64,000 bases of DNA from Mobula hypostoma (Eukaryota), in contig NC_086097.1 of NCBI RefSeq assembly GCF_963921235.1, positions 215,328,001-215,392,000 on the forward strand, written 5' to 3'. The stretch's first letter is position 1. The number at the start of each line of letters is the position of its first letter. Made by a program: the position numbers and the translations under genes. Positions 1 through 11,997 of this stretch are shown piece by piece. Below the pieces are notes generated by a model, which saw only the letters and a program-made list of their open reading frames with translations, did not search any database and had not been told where the DNA came from.

Positions 1-1030
1 TTCTGGTTGCAGTCCCACCCAAACTCAGTGGCAAAAGCCTGCTTGCATTTACCCTATATATACTACTCATAATTTTGTATATCTTTAACAAATCTTCTCT
101 CAATCTTCTACATTCTAAGAAATAAAGTCCTTACCTATTCAATCTTTCCTTATAACTCAGGTCCTCCAGACCTAGCAACATCCTTGTAAATTTTCTCTGT
201 ATTCTTTCAACCTTATTTACATCTTTCCTCTAGTTAGGTGACCAAAATTGCAGACAATACTCCAAATTAGACCTCACCAACATCTTATACAGCTTCAATA
301 TAACATCTGATCTTCTGTACTTAGTACATAGATTTATGAAAGTCAATGTGCCAAACACTTGTTTTAAACCTTACTTACCTATGATGCAACTTCCAATGAA
401 TTATGGACCTGTATTCCCACATATCTTTGTTCTACTACATTCCACAGTGCCCCAATGTTCACTGTGTAAGACCTACCCTGGGTGATCCCACCAAAGTATA
501 AAACCCTGCACTTGTCTGCATTAAATTCTATCTGCCATTTTCAGTCCATTTTTCCAGCTGATACAGATCCCTCTGCAAGCCATGATAGGCTTCCTCACTG
601 TCCACTACACCTCCAAACTTGGTGTCATCCACAAATTTACTGATCCAGTTAACCACATCCAGATCTTTGGTATAGATGTCATGCAGATCTTTGGTATAGA
701 TGACAAACAACAAAGGACCCAGAACTAATCACTGCAGCACATCACTAATCACAGGCCTCCAGTCAGAGAGGCAACCCTCTAATATCACTCTCAGGCTTTT
801 CCCACAAGGCCAATGTCTAATCCAATTTACTACCTCATCCTAAACGCTGAGCAAGTGAACTTTCTTGACTAACCTCCCATGTGGGACCTTGTCAAATGCC
901 TCACTAAAGTCCATGTGGACAGCATCCACTGCCTTGCATTTATCCACATTCCTGGTAACTTCCTTGAAAATTCTATAGGATTTGTTAGACATGACCAACC
1001 ATGCATGAAGCCATGCTGAGTATCCTTAAT
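1..1030 (-). mobile_element. CR1 LINE fragment (RT region, degenerate; runs off window start)
   Basis: Minus-strand ORF pieces QHGFMHGWSCLTNPIEF (869-1072) and ISKFVDDTKFGGVVDSEE...LQRDL (528-713) are CR1 RT motifs; frameshifts and stops present. Confidence 0.9.
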
Positions 1031-1034
1031 TTTT

Positions 1035-2150
1035 CTGAGTACCCACTCTTGATCAGCTTCGTAATCCGTCACTTGGACTGCTTTTCGAGGAGTGAAGCAT
1101 TGAACCTCTTTGTTGGAGGAGCCTTCAATTTTTCTCAGCTATTTGTCCTGCCTACTCCTTCTGAGACTGGGTTTGAGGAGACAGGGTTCAACCCATGAAT
1201 ATCATAGCTGGTGAGTTGTTAATCGTGGAGTGTGCTGCATTGTGCTATGTAAGAAGGAAATTGACAAGCTTCTGACTCAGTGTTAGTGTAGTGTGTTCTG
1301 CTGACGTTACTCACACTGCATTCTTTATACTCACAAAAGCCGAATGCCTGCAACTTCCCTGAAGCTCCTTGAACTCTCTTCCAGCTTAAAACCAAGCAAC
1401 ATTTCACAAGTAGCTGCCCGATTAACATATCAGAAGCTTTCTCCGATAAGTTGGCAACAAAAACTGTGTAGTCGGACCAATACTTCTGTCACTTTCATGA
1501 ATCCTCTGAGCAGGATGGTCTCTTCCTTGGTCCAATATGCTTCTGAACCAAAGGCACCTGTTAGCCCTCTGTTGGGCAAGGGTTAATGTCATACAGCAGG
1601 GAGACAGTTGTGGCATCATCCAATACCTTTCTTAATTCGCTTTCAGTTGACTATTGCAGGGGGTGTGGGATGGATCTGTAATCAAGCTGTAGATGTCTCA
1701 GCACCCACATCCTCTCAATGCCGGCCTTCCTGTTTTTATCACATACAAGCCCCATGTGACTCGTTGGTTGTTGTATTTCACTGTTACAAATGTCTTTCCC
1801 ACAGGAGTTATTTTTTCTCCGATATAATTTTTTTTTGGTTGGATATCCGCAGGCTTTGGTTCAGTATCTTTGAAATGCTGTTCAAGCTCATTTACTAGAA
1901 TGACTGAAATAGTTGAGTCAGCGTCCAATTACATTTTACTTAATTTTCCTCTCATATCTGGTATAAGCATATTGCTTGCCAATTGTTAATTTTCACATTG
2001 TAAACCTCATGGCTACTTAATGCTGTGTTACTCTTAGATTTTTCATCGACAGCATACAGATTAGTGCTTTTTTTTAAAACAGCAATTCGACATTTTAATC
2101 TTTTTCTCTTTCCCGTGCAGTTCATTAGTTTTTGTCCGCTGACAAACACC
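1035..2150 (-). mobile_element. Gypsy-type LTR retrotransposon remnant, 3' part (protease and integrase pieces)
   Basis: ORF 1698-1928 (DADSTISVI...KITPVGKTFVTVKYNNQ...LYVIKTGRPALRG) resembles a retrotransposon aspartic protease. About 1195-1260 reads NFLLT*HNAAHSTINNSPAMIFMG, the end of an integrase core. Confidence 0.8.
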
Positions 2151-3745
2151 ATAAGACCATAAGACATAACAGCAGGATTAGGTCATTTGGCCCATCAAGT
2201 CTGCTCTGCCATTCAATCATGGCTGATCCTTTTTTCCCCCTCCTCAGCCCCACTCCCTGGCCTTCTCCCTTTAACTTTTGATGCCGTGATCAATCAAGAA
2301 CCGACCAATCTCTGGCTTAAATATGCCTAATGACCTGGCCTCGACAGCTGCTTGTGGTGACAAATTCCACAATTCACCACCCTCTGGCTGAAGAAATCTC
2401 CACATCTCTGTTTTAAATGGATGCTCCTCTACCCTGAGACTGTGCCCTCTTGTCCTAGACTCCCCCACCATGGGGAAAAAATCATTCCACATCTACTCTG
2501 TCTAGGCTTTTCAACATTTGGAAGGATTCAATGAGATCTTCCGTCATCCACCTAAATTCTAGCGAGTACAGGCCCAGAGCCATCAAATGTTCCTCATATG
2601 ATAACTCTTTCTTTCCTAGAATCATCCTTGTGAAGCTCATCTGAACTCTCTATAATGCCAGCACATCTTTTCTTAGCTAAGGAGCCCAAAACTGCTCACA
2701 ATACTGAAGGTGAGTCCTCACCAGTGCCTTACAAAGCCTCCGCATTACATTCCTGCTCTTGTATTCTAGACCTCTTGAAATGAATGCTAACATTGCATTT
2801 GCCTTCCTGACCACTTACTTAACCTTTAGGGTGTTCTGCACAAGAACTCTCAAGTCCTTTTGCATGTCAGATTTTTGGATTTTCTCCCCTTTTAGAAAAT
2901 AACCTGCACATTTATTTCTTCTACCAATATGCATGACCATGCATTTTCCAATGTTGTATTTCATTTGCTGCTTTTTTGCCCATTCTCCTAATCTGTCTAA
3001 GTCCTTCTGCAGCCTTCCTGTTTCCTCAACACTAGCTGTCCCTCCACCAAGCTTCATATCATCTGCAAGCTTGGCAACAAAGCCATATATTCCATCACCT
3101 AAAGCATCAATATACAGCTTGAAAAGAAGTGGTCCCAACACCAAACCCTGCAGAACGCCACTAGTCACTAGCAGCCAACCAGAAAGGGATCCTTTTAATT
3201 CCCACTTGTAGAACCTGAAGCACTGCCCCCTGCCGCAGTTTCTCAGCCACACATTAATCTGCCAGATCATCCTGTTCCTACCCTCACTAGTGCATGGCAC
3301 AGGTAGTAATCCAAGCATTACTACCCTGGACTCCTTCTCAGCTTTCTACTTTGCTCTTTAAACTCTCTCTTCTAGACCTCATTGGTACCAATATGTACCA
3401 AAACATGTGGATGCTCTCCCTTCCCCTCCAAAATGTCTGTTCCGCTGACTATTGTGTCCCCTATCACTACCACTGCCCTCTTTTCCTTCTTTCCCTTCTG
3501 CACCACGGACACATGCTCAGTGCCAGTAACCTGGTTTCCATGACATTCCCCTGAAGGTTATCCCCCACAACAGTATCTGAAACAGTATACATATTATTGA
3601 GGGGAATGGCTACAGGGGTGCTCTGCTCTAGCTGCTTATTCACCTTCTCATTCATTCTCCTGATAATCACCCAGCTACCAGCCTCCTGCAGCTTACAGAC
3701 GACCACTTCCCTGTAACTCTGATCAATGATCTCCTCCGCACAAGC
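2150..3745 (-). mobile_element. CR1 LINE with large internal deletion, inserted into the Gypsy element
   Basis: 3' tail (TCTTATGG)n at about 2150-2168. ORF 2815-3318 joins ORF1 esterase motifs (GLLPVP...RNRMIWQINVWLRN) directly to the RT core (VTSGVLQGLVLGPLLF...KLADD). ORF1 motif PVAIPLNNMY lies near 3600. Confidence 0.9.
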
Positions 3746-4790
3746 CGTACATACTTGTTGAATCTGTCCTATTTTGTTGTATTTTCTGAAAGTTTCAATT
3801 TTGAACCTGCACTGATCTGGGTCAGCTGGTGGTGCAACGAAATCAGCGCCGGAACCGGGAGCAGAGGTTCCCGAGTTCGAAATTAGTCTGGTCTGCCCCC
3901 GAGTACGCTTTCCATCCGTGCCGGGTTGAGTGTCGAGAATGAAACTCGACCTCGTAAAACAAAGGGAAAATACTGCGAAAAGTGTCTGTGTGAGGACTGT
4001 CACGCCACACAGTCTCTCTCCCTCTCTCTCTCTCTCTCTCTCGCTCCGCGCCTTGTAAAAAAGCCTTGAAAAATCCATCATCACGGACGCATGCACGGAC
4101 ACGCAGACGCGCACGCATGCAGGCACACGCAAAAAAAAAGAACCTGCACTGATCTGTGTATGTGAGCCCCTGCCAAATTTGTTTGCCCAGGCAGGTTTAT
4201 GTTTATACATTGCAATTTTGTTCATTCCTGACTGTAACTCAATTGTACCTCTGCTGTTTCCATTGATACAGCAATTTCAACTGCTCCTTTAAATGTAAGT
4301 TGCACTTCAGTTATGAGCCGTTTTTCAATGCTTTGTTGTAAGATTCCACAAACTAAGTATTCTCTCAGTTCATCATTACTGAGCTGACAATACTCAGACA
4401 ATGTCTTCAATTTATCCACGTATGCTGAAATGCATTCCCCTTCCTTTTGATTCTGCTTATAAAACTAAAAAAATTTGCAATGAACGATCATTTCGGTTCG
4501 AAATATTCTAGCATTACTTTCACAATATCTGCAAAGCTCATTTGGGCTGGTTTGGTTGAAGCAGTCAAACCTTGAAGAAAACTGTAAAATGTCTTTAAAT
4601 CCGATGCACTCAGCAAAATTGGCATTCACTTCTCATCAGCTATTCCATTTAATTTAAAACACTGCTCAGTCCGTTCAGTATAGGAAAACCAGTTATCTGT
4701 GGTGGAATGTGTCAACCTTTCCAATGTAGCCAGCTATTTCTGTTTTTTTTTTAATGATTAGTCACCTTGATATCATCGCCACTATGATAT
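3746..4790 (-). mobile_element. Gypsy-type remnant, 5' part (gag with zinc knuckle and PBS-like site), interrupted by the SINE
   Basis: ORF 4222-4419 (LSEYCQL...LREYLVCGI...RLITEVQLTFKGAVEIAVSME) is gag-like. The knuckle GRGSHT/DQCRFK...KIGQIQQVC is split by the SINE. PBS-like TGGCGATGA lies on the minus strand at 4773-4781. Confidence 0.8.
3820..4139 (+). mobile_element. tRNA-derived SINE with A tail and 17-bp TSD
   Basis: GAACCTGCACTGATCTG at both 3803-3819 and 4140-4156; tRNA-like head with B-box GTTCGAAA; internal (CT)n; A9 tail. The head resembles 7897-7990. Confidence 0.9.
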
Positions 4791-4919
4791 TTTGTAAAAA
4801 CATAATGCTAATCTAAATAAAAACAAGGGAGAGTTGGAGATAACTCATTTTTATACTTTAAGCAAGGCACACATGTATCACTTATTCACAATTTACATAT
4901 AAACAGTTTTGTTTGTACA

Positions 4920-5220
4920 GGTCAGGCTCTTGAACCAGAATGGATAACTTAACTCATCTCAACTCTGAATTGATTCCACAAGCAATGTATTCACATTCAA
5001 GGACTCATGATCTCAGTAATATGCATTTACTTACTTTTTCGATTTGCACAATTTGCCTTATTTTGCACACTGGCTGTTTGTCAATCTTTGTGTATAGATT
5101 TTCATTAATTCTATTACATTTCTTTATTTTCCATGTAATTGCCTGCAAGGAAATGCATCACAAGGTAATATGTGGTGACATACACATACAGTACTCTGGA
5201 TATAAATTTCCTTTGAACCT
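4920..5220 (+). mobile_element. Rex1-type LINE 3' UTR fragment
   Basis: CAGGCTCTTGAACCA...GCCTGCAAGGAAATG...CTTTGAA resembles the 3' end of the Rex1 copy at 60540-60840. Confidence 0.6.
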
Positions 5221-5651
5221 ATTTCCCTTACGTCTCCTGGCAGTCATTCATCTAACCACACCCTGCACCAGTGGTGAGACAACCTCACCAAAAGTCTTAT
5301 CTATGATTTTCTCAGCCTCCCAGATGAAACTGAGAACATGATTATTATATAAGTTCCTTGATTATTATAAATTTTGTCCTACAGAGAATAATCAGGCAAA
5401 AATTGACACAAAGCCAAATAAGAATATATTGGAATATAATAATGGGATTCACCCTTTTTTGGTTTTTAAATGAATGCTTATTACACTGTTGAAGCCTATT
5501 CAATTTCCATGCTTTGAATGGTGAAATTGGTTGGAAAATGTTTGAAATGGCATTAGAGTTTGTAAGATGGTGCCAGTGAACAACATGACAAAAGACGATG
5601 TCCTGCTGACAGTTCACAAAGCTCCTTCTTTTACTTCTTCTTTCATACGAA

Positions 5652-6452
5652 GGTGGAGTGGAGTGATGATGGAACTAAATGGCGACTGCTTTGCTTGCAT
5701 CTTGGAAACAGCTCTATTTCCATCTTTAATGTCTTTATTTTTCCCTTTCAGGGTTCTTTTGAAGACCCTGACCTAGAGTTACACGCTGACTATGGCTCTT
5801 TGCGGGAATGGGACCCGCTCTCAGGGCTTCAGAACTGGCCGTTGTCGGCACGCCAAGGGCTCAGCCTAAGTATTTGGCTCGGTTTTGGAAGCCTAGGATC
5901 TTGGGCTTCTGAAGAAGGGCAGATCGAGGGTCAGTGTCATGACAAGAGACCCATGTGTCGTCGGGGGAGTCGGAATATCTGCAGCTGTGTGCCCAGGGAC
6001 TCGTGATCTTTGGGTACAGAGCTCGAAAAAAGCAATGTGGCAGACTTTTAACATCGTAAACCATCGAGTTGTTTGTTATGTCTCCCTGCTCACTGTGAAA
6101 ACGGAGATACCTTATTAGGGAGCGAGACAGAACCTGTGGTATGTCGTATGTCGAATGTAGTCTTTGGGGTAACTGCAAGTCTGCGTCTTTACTGTTGCTT
6201 TGCTGCACACATGAGTGCTTGGCGGTGGGTGCCAATGCGTTCTTTTTTGGTAGTGGGGGGAGGGGGGATTGTTGCTTTCTGCCACTTACGTGTGGGAGCG
6301 GGGAGCTGGGAGAGGGGACTTTGGGATTCTAACATCTGACTGTCGTTCATTCTTCGGGGCACTCCTCTGTTTTCATGGATGGTTGCGAAGAAAAAGCATT
6401 TCAGGATGTATATATTGTATACGTCTCTCTGTCACTAAATTGTACCTTTGAA
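5652..6452 (+). mobile_element. ~800-bp non-coding interspersed element (copy 1)
   Basis: Both ends match the reverse complement of 27490-28247: 5' GGTGGAG...AATGGCGACT...AAACAGCT and 3' GTTTTCATGGATGG...TTTCAGGATGTATA. Confidence 0.8.
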
Positions 6453-6509
6453 ATAAGATTCTACTACTAAGCTGCATGTAATTGGGACCTAGGATTTGCA
6501 TTTTGATGA

Positions 6510-7200
6510 TGTGTTTTGGGGCTAATAGAGCACACTAGTGCTTCGTGTCTTCGGGGAAGTTTGATGGGTTTTGGAGCACAGCGTGCAACCTGGAAACCTG
6601 GAGACGGTGATCAACTCCATCGCTCCTCTCCGACTGAGGTGCCGAGCAAGGTTGAATTCGACGAGGATGAGAGTGAAGGATGGGTGGGTGTTTGGCACTA
6701 CCTGCCTGTGTTTGACCAGTCTTTCTCTCCCTCTTTCTGGATGCCGTCTGAGGAAAGTGTAGGAGTCTTGGGATCCACATTGCCTGTATTGACCGGTGAG
6801 GCTGTGGACTCGTTTTGAGGGACTTTGAACTTCATGTTGCATGTGTTGTTGGATTCTGGTTACTCGTTATTTTATTGTTTTTGAGTGGTTTGGTCAGGTT
6901 GATCATGCCGACTGGGTTGCTTTGGTGTAGGATGGTCCTGTGGTCTGCATTGACTAGTAGCACGGTGCTGAACTCAACTAAACTGAATACTACTGGTTTG
7001 ATTTTGGTATTCTATGTGTTGTTCACTTGCTTTTTGCCATTTGTGCTATTTGTTCTCTTTTCATGTGTAGGGTGTTTGATATTTTCTTGCACAGGTTTCA
7101 TGGTGTTCCTTCATTTTACGGCTGCCTGTGGGAGGACAAATCTCAGAGTTGTATTCTGTATACATACTTTGATAGCAAATGTACTTTGAATCTTTGAATC
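6510..7200 (+). mobile_element. Non-coding element with LINE-like 3' tail
   Basis: Ends GCCTG...AATCTCAGAGTTGTAT...ACTTTGATA...(CTTTGAAT)2, similar to the Rex1 tails at 5140-5220 and 60770-60840. 5' boundary is approximate. Confidence 0.55.
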
Positions 7201-7429
7201 CCTGAGTTGTTATTGGCCAGAAATAAATGCAAAAAATATAACCAACCTCTTTCCCAATAGGACTGCAACCAATCTAGTGCGGCAGTCAACGCTTTGCTTT
7301 CCACTAATTGCCAAAGCTCGCATTCCGTAAGTGCACAACCCTCATGGCAGTCAAACCACACTATGGCTGCAAAGGTGGAATGATAAGCTCCAGGGAAAAG
7401 AGATGGTCCCAAGGTGTGAGATATATCAC

Positions 7430-7620
7430 AGTAGGTTCATCCTCTCTCCCCCTGACTCTCACTGCAACTTAACAAGTTTCTCTTGTGTCCTTTCCAGTTC
7501 TGACGAAAAGTCTTCACCCTGATACCCTAACTCTGGTTCTCTTCCCTCAGATGTGGCCTGGACTGCTGAGTATTTCCTGTGTTTTCTATATTATTTCAGA
7601 TTTCCAACAGTTTTTATTTT
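7430..7620 (+). mobile_element. Penelope-like terminal fragment with degenerate hammerhead motif
   Basis: CAGTT-CTGACGA...AACTC...AGATGTGGCCTGGACTGCTGAG resembles 11998-12098 and the reverse complement of 40578-40660. Confidence 0.6.
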
Positions 7621-7896
7621 ATTTTCACTGGCTGGGGAAGTGTTTGTCAGAAATTAAAATCCCAAAGCAAGAAGCAAAGCTATCAAAAGTTATTTGACTT
7701 CCATGGATATGTCAAGGTAAGGTCTACGTGAATGTATTAAAATGTTATTTCACATTTTCATTTCCTGAGCCAACCTGACAGATGGACAAACACATATACA
7801 CACACTGTAATCACACATACTGTTACTCCACCTTCATCCTCCCCCTTAGCCCATTCTGTCCCCTACCAATCTTTATCCTTCTAGTTCTCCATCCTC

Positions 7897-8092
7897 TGGC
7901 CGGCTGGTGGTGTAGTGGCATCAGCAATGGATTTTGGGGCAGAAGGTCCCGAGTTCGAATCCAGCCGGCTCCCGTGCACGCTTTCCATTAAGTGTAAAAA
8001 AGAAATTGCCTGCTACAGAAACATGAACAGCAAAAAGTTGATGGCCTATGCTCTCTCATGAGTTTAAAGGCAACTTCTCTTCTCTTCTTCTC
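7897..8092 (+). mobile_element. Short tRNA-derived SINE
   Basis: A-box TGGTGTAGTGG and B-box GTTCGAATCC, followed by ACGCTTTCCAT shared with the SINE at 3820; CT-rich tail. Confidence 0.7.
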
Positions 8093-8520
8093 TCCACCCT
8101 CACAAGGAAGCCAAGCCTCCCAATGTAAGATAGTGACTCAATGTTCATCTTCCCCTTTCATGCTAAGAAGACAAGGAATAGAAGAGAGGCCAAGAGGGAG
8201 AAGCCATCACCAGCATAGAGCCTCCCTGTATTGGCAGAGATTATTCTGTGATTGACTGCCAGAGGAGCTACCCACCCCAAACCATCTCCACTTCAAGTGT
8301 GACCTTCAGCTCTCCTGATATGCCACTGATGTTTCATTGTGAATGCCACATTGTCATATCCCCTTTTTGGACCAGGAGCATACAACTTCATTACTATATC
8401 TACTGGTGAATCATGTAGATCTGTTTGACCACCATTTAAATTACCTTCTGTGTTGTCTTTGCAAGGTAGAGGGAGAGGCAATGTCCCCCCCCCCAGAAGA
8501 GAAAGAGGGAAAGTTTTTTT

Positions 8521-9150
8521 TAGATTAGATTATGAAGACACGCGGTCCTCTTTTATTGTTATTTAGTAATGCATGCATTAAGAAATGATACAATATTTCC
8601 TCCAGTGTGATATCACAAAACACAGGACAAAACAAGACTGAAAAAACTAACAAAATCACGTAATTATAACATATAGTTACAACAGTGCAACAATGCCATA
8701 ACTTGATGAAGAACAGTCCATGAGCACAGTAAAAAGTTCAAAGTCTCTCAAACGTCCCACATCTCACGCAGACGGGAGAAGGAAGAAAAACTCTCCCTGC
8801 CATGCCCGATGACAGTCCAACTCTGAGTCATCCGAAAACTTCGAGCCTCCGATCAGCTCTCCGACACCGAGTACCAAGCACCATCTCTACCCGAGTGATT
8901 CGACCTCAATCTCGGTCACCAACAGCTGGCAAAGCCGGGGATTTTGAGGCCTTCCCCCGGAAGATTCTCGATTGCCCAGTAACAGCAGCAGCAAACAGGC
9001 ATTTCAGAAATTTCTCCAGATGTTTCTCTGTGCTTTCACGTCTGTCTCCATCAAATCAGAATTGTCCACGGCCCCTATTTAACGGATACGGTATCATTTT
9101 TCACCGGAGGGCTGCGCACGCGCGGCACGCTGCTTCTCTCTCCTCCCACC
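8521..9150 (-). mobile_element. Non-coding SINE-like element with (AATCT)n tail
   Basis: TAGATTAGATTA tail next to TTTATT (AATAAA on minus); CpG-rich body contrasts with the flanks; no coding motif found. Confidence 0.55.
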
Positions 9151-9464
9151 GAAGCTGGGTAAATAACAGAAGTGGGAAGGACACTGGGATGAGAAGCTGG
9201 AGGGGAGGCCAGAGGTTTAAGGTGAAGAGAATCCAGAAAGGTATACTGGAGGGAGAGAAGTGTGTGGGAGGCTGGTTTCATGATAATGAACAACATGGTG
9301 CAATGAGAATCTCAATAACAACAGAGCTAAGAGCTAAACAACAGAGCTAGATATTGTGAGTAGAGAGTAATGTATGCACTCAGAAAAGCATGAACATTCA
9401 CTGAGAGGAGGAACCTAACACAGTAGCCACTAAGTGTATTTTGTCTTCTGTTTATGATATACAT

Positions 9465-10390
9465 AAACAATCTTGATGAAAATATGGATGGCCTCATGAG
9501 TAAGTTTGCGGATGACTCAAAAACTGATGTAGTTGTGGATCATGAGGAGGGCTGTCAATGCAGATGAAGCATGGTATAGATCAATTGGAGTCCTGGGTGG
9601 AGAAATGGCAGATGGGGTTTAATCCTGATAAGTGTGAGTTGCTGGGAAATACACAGTAAATTGTAGGATTCTTAGGAACGTTGATGTACAGAGATATGTT
9701 GGGGGTACAAGTGCATATCTCCCTGAAAGCAGCCACACAAGTGTTATTGAGTAAAGCGTACGGTGCGCTTGCCTTCATCAGTTAGGATATTGAGTAAAAA
9801 GGTTGGATAGTCCTGGTGCAGCTGTACAAAACCTTCGTCCAGCCACATTTGGAGCACATCTGGCCACCATGTTATTTGAAGAGTAGAAAAGAGATTTGCA
9901 AGGATTTTGCCTGGATTGGAGTGTATTTGCTATGTATTAAGGTTGGACAAATACAATTATTTTCATTGAACCATTGAAGGCAGAGAGAACAGCCTGATAG
10001 AAGTATATAAAATTATAAGAGGGATAGATAGATTAGGTACTTAGAGTCTTTTTCCCAGGATGGAAAAGGGAAATATTTTTAAATGCATGGAAAGTTTAAA
10101 GGAGATTTGTAAGGCCAGATTTTTTGCCATGATTTTTCCAAGATTTACCAGGATACCAAGGTGAAGAGAATTAAGAAGTGATAGTTTCTGAAACACATGG
10201 CCAGGGGAGGAGGTAGAAACAGGTATGATAGCAACACTTAAAAGGGATTTAGACAGGCATATGAATAGGTAGGAGTGAAGGATATAGGCCATTACAGGCA
10301 GATGGGATTAGATTGGTGTTATGGTCAATGGAGACATTATATGCTCTAGGGATTGCTCCTGTGTTGTTGTTTCCATGTTCTGTGTTCTAC
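9465..10390 (+). mobile_element. Old CR1 3' fragment
   Basis: SKFADDSK codons at about 9500, EKWQMGFNPDKCE at about 9600, CR1-type 3' UTR; heavily decayed. Confidence 0.85.
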
Positions 10391-11286
10391 ACTCTCTGTA
10401 AGCATTTGTCAATAAAATATACAACCTTTCCTGGTGATTACAAAGTTAACATCCAGCACCAAAAATTAGCTCACAGACCACCTCCAGAAGAGAGTACAGC
10501 TGGAGATTAGGATAGCCTGAATTCTCAATTGACATACAATGAAGAGGCAAAGAGGAGAGATAGAAACATTTCTGGCACATCAGCAGAATATCATTCACCA
10601 ACATCACTTAATAGGGGAACAAATGACTCTGCAGTTGAGAATGAGAAGATCGTATGTCACAGGATGAATTGGTGAATGAGTGCGCACTAGGCAAGATAAA
10701 AATAAGCTGCAGACAGCAGTAATTGCTGCAGAAAAGTCAAGACAGACCGCAGTGGTCTGCAGTACAGGTGCAAAATGAAAACAGAAGACATTGTACGTTA
10801 TCTGCTTGGACTGGCTACATGGCTGGAGGTTCTGGAGGCAATTCGGAAGGTGCAGAATAGATATATCCTAAAGACGAACAAGTATTCTAAAGGGTGAATG
10901 AAGCAACCGAGGGTGACAAGGGAAGTCAAAGACAGCACAAAAGTAAAAGAGAGGGTATACAATATAGCCAAAATTAGTAGCAAGTTAGAAAATTGGGAAG
11001 CATTTAAAACCATAAGGAGAGAAAAGATGAAATATGAAAGTAGTCTAGCCAAAATATCAAAGAGGATGCTGTAAGTATTTTTCACATATAGTGTATAAAG
11101 AGTAAAAGAGAGGCAAGCGGGGATATCGGACATTTTGAAAAATAACACAAGAGAGGAAGTAATGGGGGACAAAGAAATGGTAGACAAACTTAATAAGTAT
11201 TTTGCGTGAGTGTTCATTGTGAAAAATACTAGCAATATGCTAGAAATTTGAAAGTGTGAGAGGGCAGGAGTGAGGTTAGTTGCTAC

Positions 11287-11499
11287 TGTAGGGTAACGTA
11301 ATTGGGGGAATTGTACATAATTCACAACTACTGATATTGAGTTGGGATTTCACTGTAAGAGGCTGGCCTGGTGTGATGACGTTGTTATGTAAAGATACTT
11401 AGTGTACTTTTGTGTTTACGTTTTGGAGTTCAATAAAATGTGTTATGGGTTTCATTAAAACTAAAATGCCTCACTTCGTTTCATTTGCGAACACCTACA
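11287..11499 (+). mobile_element. Solo LTR (213 bp)
   Basis: Begins TGTAGG and ends CCTACA (6-bp terminal inverted repeat); internal AATAAA; flanked by CTAC/CTAT 4-bp near-duplication; interrupts a CR1. Confidence 0.8.
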
Positions 11500-11997
11500 C
11501 TATTAATAAGGAGAAGGTACTTGGGAAGCTGAAAGGCCCAAAGGTAGATGAGTCATCTGGACCAGATGAACTTCACCTCAGGGTTCTGAAGGAGGTAGCT
11601 GAAGAGACTGTGGAGGCAGTAGTAAGGATCTTTCAAGAATCACTAGATTCTAGAATGGTCTGGAGGTTTGGAAAATTGCAAATGTCATTCCACTCTTTAA
11701 GAAGGGAGGGAGGTAGAAGAAAGGAAATTATAGGCCAGTTAGCCTGACTTCATTAGTTGGGAAGATGCTGGAGTCCATTACTAAGGCTTGGAGGCACATG
11801 ATAAGGTAGGCCAAAGTCAGCATGATTTGCTTATGGGGAAATGTTGCCCTATAAGTCTGTTGGAATTCTTCAAGGAAATAATACGCAGATGGAAAAAGGA
11901 GAGTCAACGAATGTTGTTTACTATCTTTGTAACATCTGTAAAATTAGCCACAAAGCCATCAATTCTAATCTCTAAATGCTTGCCATATAAAATAAAA

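Noticed and set aside
661..702. 18-bp direct repeat AGATCTTTGGTATAGATG
   Set aside because: Small local duplication within a dead CR1; no sign of function.
7897..7975. Possible tRNA gene
   Set aside because: A and B boxes are present, but no convincing cloverleaf, and it continues into sequence shared with the SINE at 3820.
8802..9350. 182-aa ORF
   Set aside because: Antisense to a repeat, crosses its boundary, and has no recognisable domain.
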